61,356 bases of DNA from an uncultured Candidatus Saccharibacteria bacterium (lineage in GTDB: Bacteria > Patescibacteriota > Minisyncoccia > Phycocordibacterales > UBA6899), in NCBI GenBank assembly GCA_964386905.1, contig CAYLUP010000004.1, forward strand, positions 1-61,356. The letters run 5' to 3'. Of this stretch, positions 1-7,971 are shown in pieces. How positions within the stretch are numbered: position 1 is the first letter of the stretch; every line of letters begins with the position of its first letter. The notes under the pieces are model-generated. The model saw nothing but the letters and a program-made list of their open reading frames with translations, had not been told where the DNA came from and ran no database searches. The translations under genes were made by a program, and so were the position numbers.

Positions 1-85
1 AGTGAATAGTGATAAGTGATGAGTGAACAGAGGAATGCAGTGGTTCGTGGAAAGTAGATAAACAGAAAAAGAATTGAGCAAGAGA

Positions 86-493
86 GTGCGGGCAGGGGGT
101 CGGCGTCAGCTCACATCAATATTTTCTTTCGCGATGCTCACAAAATACTAAGTGCTCGCGACCCCGCCTCCGCGACCGTGCGTCGCTCGAAGACTCGCCG
201 ACGACGGTACCCGCGTCCGGCTTTCGATTCCCCCTGCCCGTGCAAAATGAAACCACGGAAATGTTGTCACATTTCCGTGGTCATTTTGTGCGGGGATCAT
301 CGGTCACAAGTCACTAAGTATTTTGTTTCGCCTTGCTCACAAAATACTAAGTGCTCGCGACCCCGCCTCCGCGACCGTGCGTCGCTCGAAGACTCGCCGA
401 CGACGGTACCCGCGTCCGGCTTTCGATTCCCCCTGCCCGTGCAAAATGAAACCACGGAAATGTTGTCACATTTCCGTGGTCATTTTGTGCGGG
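86..493 (-). repeat. tRNA-Gly(TCC)-anchored repeat: two tandem ~200-bp units
   Basis: 160-bp direct repeat at 135-294 and 334-493 (period 199). tRNA 3'-end fragments at 86-99, 288-294 and in the tRNA itself; inverted tRNA 3'-end copies at 223-240 and 422-439. Confidence 0.95.
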
Positions 494-558
494 CAGGGGG
501 AATCGAACCCCCGACACCTGCTTGGAAGGCAGGAGTTTTACCACTAAACTACACCCGC
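488..558 (-). tRNA. tRNA-Gly (TCC)
   Basis: Reverse complement GCGGGTGTAGTTTAGTGGTAAAACTCCTGCCTTCCAAGCAGGTGTCGGGGGTTCGATTCCCCCTGCCCGCA folds as a cloverleaf. Anticodon TCC; CCA not encoded. Confidence 0.95.
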
Positions 559-660
559 ATATTTTTGTTCACATATACTAACAAAGATACACAATTTTGC
601 AAATTACAATTGACCCCCTCATTCCACCTGATATACTCTCGGCAGGCTTTCGGAGTGAAT

Positions 661-1056
661 ATGGTAGAACATGTTCTTTCTCTTCTTCATGAAAAAAGAC
701 AACGAGAGGAGCGCCACCACGCACGCATGCAAATGCTACACAAACGTCTAGTTCGGAATGCACGCGCAATGCTCTGCACATGCTCTGAATGCAATACAAC
801 ATCACGTATTTCGGAATGGAGTTTTGTGCAGCAATACACATTTGATCGTGCTGGCTGGTTTCCAGACGACAGCGAAAAATGTCCAATTCAATGTCCAGCC
901 TGCATGTCACTCAACCGCTTCTCAAGACACAAAGATATTGCGGAAACGTTGCTTCGCCTTTTTCAGGAACATGTTTCACTACACACAATTTTTAAGGAAG
1001 TACTTCATCGTGACGGATCACGAGGGAAAATATTTCATGAACGCATGACGTCGTAA
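661..1056 (+). CDS. Hypothetical protein with Cys clusters (CxCxxC ... CPxxCPxC), possible Zn-binding
   Basis: 3' part of ORF 178-1056. ATG at 661 has GGAG upstream and a TATACT -10-like hexamer further upstream. Confidence 0.6.
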   Translation: MVEHVLSLLHEKRQREERHHARMQMLHKRLVRNARAMLCTCSECNTTSRISEWSFVQQYTFDRAGWFPDDSEKCPIQCPACMSLNRFSRHKDIAETLLRLFQEHVSLHTIFKEVLHRDGSRGKIFHERMTS

Positions 1057-1261
1057 GCAGGGACACCCCTGCTTTTTTGTTACACGTACCAAAACATGCC
1101 GTTGGTTTTTCTCTATTGATGTTACACACATCTGTAAAACGTTATCAGTGCTCACTATCAAAAATGTTATTTTTTTATTTCTTCGCGAGAGCGTATGTTC
1201 TTTTTACGGCAATGTGTGTTTCTCATCAATACATTTTTGAAACACGCAAACGCAGATACAT

Positions 1262-1903
1262 TTACCTCTGTATCGAGAGGGGGCAATTCTCGTGGGCATG
1301 TTTTCTTGCAACACAATATGTTCGCCCATATTGAATAAGGTAATATGTCAGATTCCCCCACTCCTCATTTGGAAATATATGCATAAGATCACGCTCGACA
1401 CGAAGAGGATCACTTGAGGTTGTGTAACCAAGAACACGTGCGATTCGCTTTACATGTGTATCAACAGCAATACCCTCATGAATTCCAAAGAGTCCACTCA
1501 GAACAACATTCGCTGTCTTTCTGCCAACACCTGGAATCGAAACTAATTCAGACATGGTCTTTGGAACTACACCACCATATCGAGAGAGAAGATGTGCTGC
1601 AGCCTCTTGGATATGCTTTGCTTTTGTGCGATAAAATCCTGTTGGGAAAATAATGCGTTCGACTTCTTTTCTTTTTGCAGCCACAAGACTCTCAAGAGTT
1701 GGATACGTTTTAAAAAGCGTTGGTGTCACTCGATTGACCATATCATCCGTGCACTGTGCGGAAAGAATAACTGCAAGCAAAAGCTCATAGCCTTTCGTAT
1801 GATTCAAAAAGAGATACGGCTCAGGAAAAAGTCTCTTCAACTTCTTTAGGTCACTCTGTGCTTTTTGTTGAATATCAATTGCCTTCACCTCTCTACTGTA
1901 CAT
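1262..1903 (-). CDS. nth: Endonuclease III (HhH-GPD DNA glycosylase/AP lyase)
   Basis: Motifs ELLLAVILSAQCTD, HhH LVSIPGVGRKTANVVL and IAVDTHV. The true start may be the GTG a few codons in. Confidence 0.95.
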   Translation of the reverse strand: MYSREVKAIDIQQKAQSDLKKLKRLFPEPYLFLNHTKGYELLLAVILSAQCTDDMVNRVTPTLFKTYPTLESLVAAKRKEVERIIFPTGFYRTKAKHIQEAAAHLLSRYGGVVPKTMSELVSIPGVGRKTANVVLSGLFGIHEGIAVDTHVKRIARVLGYTTSSDPLRVERDLMHIFPNEEWGNLTYYLIQYGRTYCVARKHAHENCPLSIQR

Positions 1904-2040
1904 GAAATTTGTGTCACGAAAAGGGGCTGGCTTTTTTTGCTGCGTATGCTAATATGCAAGAACAATACACAAGCGAGCCTCCGGCGACCATGGATATTGT
2001 ATGCAATTCAATCAAAGTTGAGATAGGTAGCAGCAGCGGT

Positions 2041-2245
2041 CATTCCCGCATATCGGGATCAGAGAGCGGGCGAGCCCGCAGTGATCGTGTGTGCAACGTG
2101 CGAGACAATCAAATATCGGAGTGTGGTGTAACGGCTAACATTCCCGCATATCGGGATCAGAGAGCGGGCGAGCCCGCAGTGATCGTGTGTGCAACGTGCG
2201 AGACAATCAAATATCGGAGTGTGGTGTAACGGCTAACATTCCCGC
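2041..2245 (+). repeat. Exact 98-bp tandem duplication including the 5' half of tRNA-Pro
   Basis: CATTCCCGC recurs at 2041, 2139 and 2237; 2041-2147 equals 2139-2245. Confidence 0.95.
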
Positions 2246-2287
2246 TTTGGGAGCGGGCGACTCAGGGTTCGAATCCCTGCACTCCGA
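2215..2287 (+). tRNA. tRNA-Pro (TGG)
   Basis: CGGAGTG...CACTCCGA acceptor stem, anticodon arm CCCGC-TTTGGGA-GCGGG and TTCGAAT T-loop; CCA not encoded. Confidence 0.95.
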
Positions 2288-2651
2288 CAACGAACGACAT
2301 ACATGGAAACATGTATGTCGTTTTCGTTAACAAAGCATCATGCCGCATAAAAAACTATCCAGGAACAGTACACATGAAACACTGTGCTTGCACGCACCGT
2401 ACAGAAACAATTTTTCTTCAACTTGTTTGCACACACAATATATGTCGAGCACAATACAATAACCACAATTCAACCACACACATCAGCAACGCTTTAATAC
2501 GTGACAAAAACCTTTTGCAAAATTTTTACAACATACATGGACTCGCTCCAACACCTCTACAAAAAAACACACCACAGGAACTACATCACACAGAATACCC
2601 ACGCCCGATCACTACACCTGAGAAAATAAAAAATCGGCACCGCCGATTTTT

Positions 2652-3578
2652 TTATAAAGGATAATACGAATAACTCTTGCGAAAACTTTGTCGCTGCAAT
2701 AAATGTTCTTGCTTCTTTTCAAGCGCATGTAATCTCCTTTCGAGCACCTCATCTCCTCCCCTCTTCTTGTGTAGTGCTGTCACACGCGCCGCATACAACC
2801 GGAGAACTGCATCGCGTTTGTGCTCAATCTCCTTTTTTCGTGCCTCAAAGCGTTCAGCAGTTGCAATCTCTGTAAGATCCGCTTCCATCATTTCTTGAGT
2901 GAGTTCCACGCGTTCGCGTTCAATCGAAGAGAGATCGCGATCTCGCTCAGACTCAATATCGTGAAACGAGAGAAACTCATCGTGTGTCCTTGGAGAATTG
3001 TCATGTTTGTGTGCCATCTCACGGAGTATTGCGCGACGCTCCTTTTCACATGCAGCAAACAACATCGCATCAGCAGATCGACGACCTGTAACACGAGAAA
3101 GTACTGGGCGCTGAAAAAGCGTGTCGACAAGCGTATGGATTTCGTCTGCCTCTCGTTCGTCATCTGTGTGCTCGGGTTCGCAAGCGATGCAATGTGGTAC
3201 CCCAGCTTGCGATAATCCACTTGGATGTTTAGTTGAAAGAGATACTAATCGTTTTACCCAGCGATCAGTACCCCCATCCCCTTGTGGCGATTCAACTGGA
3301 AGCTCATCTGCTGCAAAAAGGGCATTTGCAAGCGTAAGCACATTAGCAATCTCCTTGGCGGCTACAGACCTGTGAATGTCTTCGTGGTCACGAACACGTG
3401 AAGGATGGAGATCGGCCAAAGAAGAAGACTGCATCATGCGATGAATTCGTTCAGCAACTGACGCAACAGTTGCCTTTGCTTCATCAGGAAGCTGGGAGAC
3501 AACCTCACTAACAGCCAGAATCTCATGACTCTCTGGTTTTCTCTCTTCGATATATATGTACGAGTATGTATTTTTCAT
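2652..3578 (-). CDS. Hypothetical protein, charged helical/coiled-coil C-terminus
   Basis: 308-aa ORF with E/R/K-rich heptads; no recognised motif. Confidence 0.7.
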   Translation of the reverse strand: MKNTYSYIYIEERKPESHEILAVSEVVSQLPDEAKATVASVAERIHRMMQSSSLADLHPSRVRDHEDIHRSVAAKEIANVLTLANALFAADELPVESPQGDGGTDRWVKRLVSLSTKHPSGLSQAGVPHCIACEPEHTDDEREADEIHTLVDTLFQRPVLSRVTGRRSADAMLFAACEKERRAILREMAHKHDNSPRTHDEFLSFHDIESERDRDLSSIERERVELTQEMMEADLTEIATAERFEARKKEIEHKRDAVLRLYAARVTALHKKRGGDEVLERRLHALEKKQEHLLQRQSFRKSYSYYPL

Positions 3579-3588
3579 ATAGGTAAAA

Positions 3589-3936
3589 TTACACGGATAC
3601 CGGACTCTTATCTACCTCAACCTCATCGGAGGATGACGACTCATCATCAATCGTCGCAATATCTGCAAGATCAAGCTCTTTCATGACTTTTTCCTCTTCT
3701 TCAAGCACATCATGAAGATGGTGAAGGTTTCCACGGGCATCTAGCTTTTTCTTCAAACTCTTTGCTATTGCATCAACAGCAAATGGATTTTCTTCCGCAG
3801 AAAGAACAAAAAGAGTCAGCATTCCTGAATCAAGATATGGAAGTCTTTCAAACATTAATTGTTTATCAGCATCAGACAAATGGGAGTGTCGTATCACATG
3901 TCGCGCCTTCACAAGAAGTAGTGGATGGTGAGTCAT
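3589..3936 (-). CDS. Hypothetical protein with acidic tail
   Basis: 115-aa ORF, 10 bp upstream of the previous ORF on the same strand. Confidence 0.7.
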   Translation of the reverse strand: MTHHPLLLVKARHVIRHSHLSDADKQLMFERLPYLDSGMLTLFVLSAEENPFAVDAIAKSLKKKLDARGNLHHLHDVLEEEEKVMKELDLADIATIDDESSSSDEVEVDKSPVSV

Positions 3937-4829
3937 AAATAAAGAGCAGTAATAATAAGTATATGTAAGACTATATAATTATGACATACTTCCTCGATTC
4001 CACAATCCACACATCCACTTGTTCCGTAGGAACATACGTACTTGCTCTTCTCTATCGGTTTCACGTGCAACGTAAAAAAGAACCAAAAGAAACAATATTT
4101 GTACATATTCGATGTGCCTATTCCCCTATTTGTTTAGCTGTGAGATAGAACATGTTTCATGTGCAACATGTCGTGTCCAAAATTGAGCATATGATTGTAC
4201 TGATTGATAATAGACCCAAAACACTCTCAGCAAGAAAGTTGCATCTTCTTCAAGAAATACGTACACAACAGACACAAGCAATAAATTTCCGATATACATG
4301 AGGAATATCCAAGAGCATCGAGCACGGAACTGTTTCACGTGAAAACACGTACCAAGTATGGACACCTCAGTTACTCACTAGGTACCTGCGGAAACAGAAA
4401 TATGGCCGCTCAATCAAATAATATATGTCCACGGGCGATATGTTTATATTTCAATCAAAGTATGTGTTACACATGAAATCATACGTAAACATCTAAAATA
4501 ACCAAAAATTCATTTCAATACAGTCAAAATGTCTATAATTTTACAAGTTCGGGCATCACAAAAAAAGAAACAAAACCATATGACTTGTAAAAATCGAATA
4601 AAAAGAAGCGAAAAACGATATGCTGCTATAATCAATTTCCGACAAGAGAAAGTTAGATCAAAACTAAAATCAATTTAGCGATGTCTTCAGCATACTGCTC
4701 ACAATACGTTGAAATACTGTTACACATGAAACTTATGATATATTATGACGGTTTTGATAAAATATGTTCCGTAGTTACATAAATAATACAAATTACGAAA
4801 TCAATCATCACCATGAGTTTCACGTGAAA

Positions 4830-5213
4830 TTATATACTGTCAATATATACATTCTCCCTAAGCTCAATTTCAGCAGTATATGATTGATTATTTAGAGCAA
4901 TGTTCATGAGTGATATGCACCGAGGAAGACGAATAGCCCTGTTTCGCATATAGTGAGTCATAACTGTGACCAAACGCTCAATCTTTTCACGTGTAACATG
5001 TATTCTCGGATGAAATTTGCTTGAAAGACCATATGTTAAAGATGTTTTAACCTCAATACAATGTATCAATCCGTTTTTCTCAGCGATAATATCAATTTCT
5101 CCAACACCATAAAGCTCATAATTTCGATCTACGATTCGATAGCCGACACTTCTCAAGTACCGCACAGCTACAGCTTCTCCAACATTACCGCTCTGTTTAG
5201 CTATACTTACCAT
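4830..5213 (-). CDS. yraN: YraN family (UPF0102) putative endonuclease
   Basis: GxxGExxAxxYL...NY...GEIDIIAEK...IHCIEVKT PD-(D/E)xK pattern. Start trimmed to the ATG at 5213. Confidence 0.9.
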   Translation of the reverse strand: MVSIAKQSGNVGEAVAVRYLRSVGYRIVDRNYELYGVGEIDIIAEKNGLIHCIEVKTSLTYGLSSKFHPRIHVTREKIERLVTVMTHYMRNRAIRLPRCISLMNIALNNQSYTAEIELRENVYIDSI

Positions 5214-5254
5214 ACATATAGTATATATGTGAAATACCCAATATTGCAAATACT

Positions 5255-5441
5255 TGTCCTTTATCCCCATTGTCCACAGGGTTATACACAGTGTCCTTGA
5301 GTGCCACAGCCTTAATACGAGAGTTTTTACACGCAAAAGACAATCCACAATAGTTATGTGGATAAGTCTGTGGACAATGGGGATATCAAGGACATGCTGA
5401 CAGTATGTCCTTTATCCCCACTATCCACAGGGTTATGCACA
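5255..5441. promoter_or_regulatory. DnaA-box cluster made of three ~36-bp modules
   Basis: Perfect TTATNCACA boxes at 5282-5290, 5357-5365 (reverse) and 5433-5441. Near-matches at 5261, 5270, 5341, 5369 (reverse), 5412 and 5421. Confidence 0.8.
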
Positions 5442-5569
5442 TATCGGACATATTAATGTTCAGAGACAAAAGTAGCATTTCTTTTCTATGTCCGAGACCG
5501 TCTTGCACTACATTCTAATGTTCTACATGAAACATACTTTTCCACGCAAGCACCTTTTTGAGGTGCTTG

Positions 5570-5821
5570 CTCTATCCGCAACAGAGAAAGGCCCGGAGGC
5601 CTCTTTCTTTGTGGGGGTAGGGAGATATCTCACACGCTCGCAAGGCTCGCTCCTCGGAAACCCATCCTGAATCATAGTCGTAAATAGTAATTTACTTCTT
5701 GTTCAGGACAGGCTCCGACTCGCTGCCTTCCTCCACAGGGAAACGGCTGTTTCCCCGACCCCCTTCCGTTCTATTCTCCCTACCCGCACAAAGAAAAAAA
5801 GCCTTTCGGCCCTTTTCTTTG
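5570..5821 (-). repeat. tRNA-Gly(GCC)-anchored ~210-bp unit (second core family)
   Basis: Inverted copy of the tRNA 3' end at 5769-5797. Degenerate direct copy TTTCTTTGTGGGGGTAGGGAGA at 5604-5625 versus 5814-5835. Confidence 0.85.
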
Positions 5822-5892
5822 TGCGGGTAGGGAGAATCGAACTCCCGTCTCGTCCTTGGCAAGGACGCATTCTACCACTAAACCATACCCGC
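5822..5892 (-). tRNA. tRNA-Gly (GCC)
   Basis: Reverse complement GCGGGTATGGTTTAGTGGTAGAATGCGTCCTTGCCAAGGACGAGACGGGAGTTCGATTCTCCCTACCCGCA folds as a cloverleaf; CCA not encoded. Confidence 0.95.
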
Positions 5893-5968
5893 GAATTTGT
5901 TGTAGAAGTATATTATCGTATTTCAATATATTTGGCAAGTTAGCGTTTATCGTATATATTGTAGGCAC

Positions 5969-6040
5969 GCTCCTGTGGTGAAGCGGATATCACAACGGTC
6001 TTCGAAACCGTTATCCCAGGTTCGAGTCCTGGCGGGAGCA
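5969..6040 (+). tRNA. tRNA-Arg (TCG)
   Basis: GCTCCTG...CGGGAGCA acceptor stem and anticodon arm ACGGT-CTTCGAA-ACCGT; CCA not encoded. Confidence 0.95.
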
Positions 6041-6275
6041 CAAAAATACAGAGAGAAATGTGCAGCATTTCTCGACATTATTTTTGCTATACGACAGGGC
6101 TCGAAGGCCGGACCCGGGCACCGTCGCGCATGCGCAGCATCGCGCACGGTCGGGGAGGCGGGGTCGCGAGCACAGTATCTCTTGTGCATTCATACAAGGG
6201 ATACTGTGACTTGTGACCGAGTCCTGGCGGGAGCACAAAAATACAAAGAGAAATGTACAACATTTCTCCACATTT
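6041..6275 (+). repeat. tRNA-Arg(TCG)-anchored ~195-bp unit
   Basis: 28-bp exact direct repeat at 6023-6050 and 6218-6245. Core 6101-6173 is homologous to the reverse complement of ~152-226. Confidence 0.92.
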
Positions 6276-6400
6276 CCTTACCTAAGTTCAAGGTAAAATT
6301 TAATTCTCGTAAGAGTTTCTCCTATATTTTCACGTGAAACACGTGATACTCCTTATTTTAACCATGCACAGATGTTTCATGTGCAACACCGTCCTTTTCT

Positions 6401-7885
6401 ATGTCATTACTATCTATACCAAAAGAAATTGCTTTTATTGCGGCAACCCTCGAACACGCAGGCTTTGAGGCATATCTTGTTGGAGGGTGCACGCGTGATC
6501 TCCTTGAAGGGAAAACTCCCAAGGACTGGGACATCACAACCAATGCACGCCCGGAACAAATTATTGCGATCTTTCCTCATACATTCTACGAAAATGATTT
6601 CGGTACTGTTGGTATCGTCAATGACGAGATCCCAGAAGATGATACCGACCGAGCAACTCTCCGTGTTGTTGAAATCACTCCATATCGCACAGAGTCGACC
6701 TACTCAGACCATCGACGCCCAGATGCCGTCAGATTTGCTGACAGTATCTATGAAGACCTTGAACGTCGAGACTTCACAATGAATGCAATCGCGTACAACA
6801 TCGCGAAAGACGAGCTCATCGATCCATACCTTGGTATTACAGACATTCGCAACAAGACTATTCGCGCAGTAGGGGATCCACATTTGCGTTTTACGGAGGA
6901 TGCACTTCGTGTCATGCGTGCAGTCCGCTTTGTTGCCCAACTGGGATTTCAAGTTGAAGAGAAGACGCTTCAGGCTGTCATCAGTCACGCCCCTCTGGTA
7001 CAAAAAATATCCATCGAACGTGTTCGTGACGAATTCTCAAAGCTCATTATGTCCGACAATCCAATGGAGGGAATCGTTTTTCTCCATCGTGTCAATCTCC
7101 TTTCCTATGTTTGCCCAGAACTTATTGAAGGACTTGGCTGTGTGCAAAATAACTCTCACATCTATGATGTCTGGGAGCATAGTCTTCGCGCACTCCAACA
7201 TGCTGCTGACAAAAAATTTCCAATTCATGTTCGCCTTGGAGCACTCTTTCATGATATTGGGAAACCAAAATCTCGCCGATATGCTCCAGAGAGAAAGGAC
7301 TGGACGTTCTATGGGCACGAAGTCATTGGTGCGCGCATGGTAGAAAAAATTCTTGATCGACTCCGGTTCTCCCGAGACATTGTCACAAAGGTGACACTTC
7401 TCGTCCGCTATCATATGTTCTTCTCTGACATCGAGCAAATCACCCTTTCTGCAGTCCGTCGTATCGTTGCAAACGTTGGCGCAGATCTTGTATGGGACCT
7501 TATGTCTGTTCGATCCTGTGATCGCATTGGCATGGGACGCCCACTGGAAACTCCATATCGCCTTCGAAAATATCACTCGATGATTGAAGAAGCGATGCGT
7601 GCACCAGTATCTGTCAAAATGTTAAAGGTCGATGGGGGAGTTATTATGACCGAACTTGGCGAAGCACCTGGACCAAGAGTTGGCGCACTCCTCCATGCAC
7701 TCTTTGATGCAGTGCTCGAAAATCCTGAACTCAACACACGAGAGCAGCTTCTAGACCTCGCTCGCACATACCAATCTCTTTCCCATGACGAGCTTCTTGC
7801 AAAAGGAGAAGCAGGGAAGATGAGCAAAGACGAAGAAGAGAAGAAAGAAATCAAGGAGCTTCGTAAAAAATACCACGTGAAATAA
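6401..7885 (+). CDS. cca: CCA tRNA nucleotidyltransferase with HD domain
   Basis: YLVGGCTRD, DWDITT, DLERRDFTMNAIA, FTEDALRVMRAVRF, and the HD motif H..H...LFHDIGK. Confidence 0.93.
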   Translation: MSLLSIPKEIAFIAATLEHAGFEAYLVGGCTRDLLEGKTPKDWDITTNARPEQIIAIFPHTFYENDFGTVGIVNDEIPEDDTDRATLRVVEITPYRTESTYSDHRRPDAVRFADSIYEDLERRDFTMNAIAYNIAKDELIDPYLGITDIRNKTIRAVGDPHLRFTEDALRVMRAVRFVAQLGFQVEEKTLQAVISHAPLVQKISIERVRDEFSKLIMSDNPMEGIVFLHRVNLLSYVCPELIEGLGCVQNNSHIYDVWEHSLRALQHAADKKFPIHVRLGALFHDIGKPKSRRYAPERKDWTFYGHEVIGARMVEKILDRLRFSRDIVTKVTLLVRYHMFFSDIEQITLSAVRRIVANVGADLVWDLMSVRSCDRIGMGRPLETPYRLRKYHSMIEEAMRAPVSVKMLKVDGGVIMTELGEAPGPRVGALLHALFDAVLENPELNTREQLLDLARTYQSLSHDELLAKGEAGKMSKDEEEKKEIKELRKKYHVK

Positions 7886-7934
7886 CGGGGTATTTTTATT
7901 ATCTCGTGCACAACCAATAATACGAAGCATCCTT

Positions 7935-7965
7935 AAAAGAAAAAGCCCGCGCAGATTGCGCGGGC
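7935..7965 (-). terminator. Intrinsic terminator of the beta-barrel gene
   Basis: GCCCGCGCA-GAT-TGCGCGGGC hairpin followed by a U-tract on the minus strand. Confidence 0.7.
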
Positions 7966-7971
7966 AAATGG

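Larger units (their letters stand above)
4057..6388. promoter_or_regulatory. Cluster of ~10 parS-like palindromes
   Basis: Matches to TGTTTCACGTGAAACA at 4057-4072, 4153-4168, 4331-4346, 4465-4480, 4718-4733, 4816-4831, 4983-4998, 5519-5534, 6326-6341 and 6373-6388 (mostly 1-3 mismatches). Confidence 0.8.

Noticed and set aside
86-493. CRISPR array
   Set aside because: Only two long (160-bp) units with no short repeat/unique spacer alternation and no cas genes. The same applies to 2041-2245.
178-660. 5' extension of ORF 178-1056 and ORFs 323-547 and 347-544
   Set aside because: They run through the tRNA-Gly gene and its repeats; duplicated peptide text just reflects the DNA repeat.
4126-4365. 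79-aa ORF in the parS gap
   Set aside because: No motif, overlaps several palindromes, and sits in low-complexity AT-rich DNA.
5780-6337. ORFs overlapping the tRNA-Gly(GCC)/tRNA-Arg region
   Set aside because: Shadow frames of tRNAs and GC-rich repeats.
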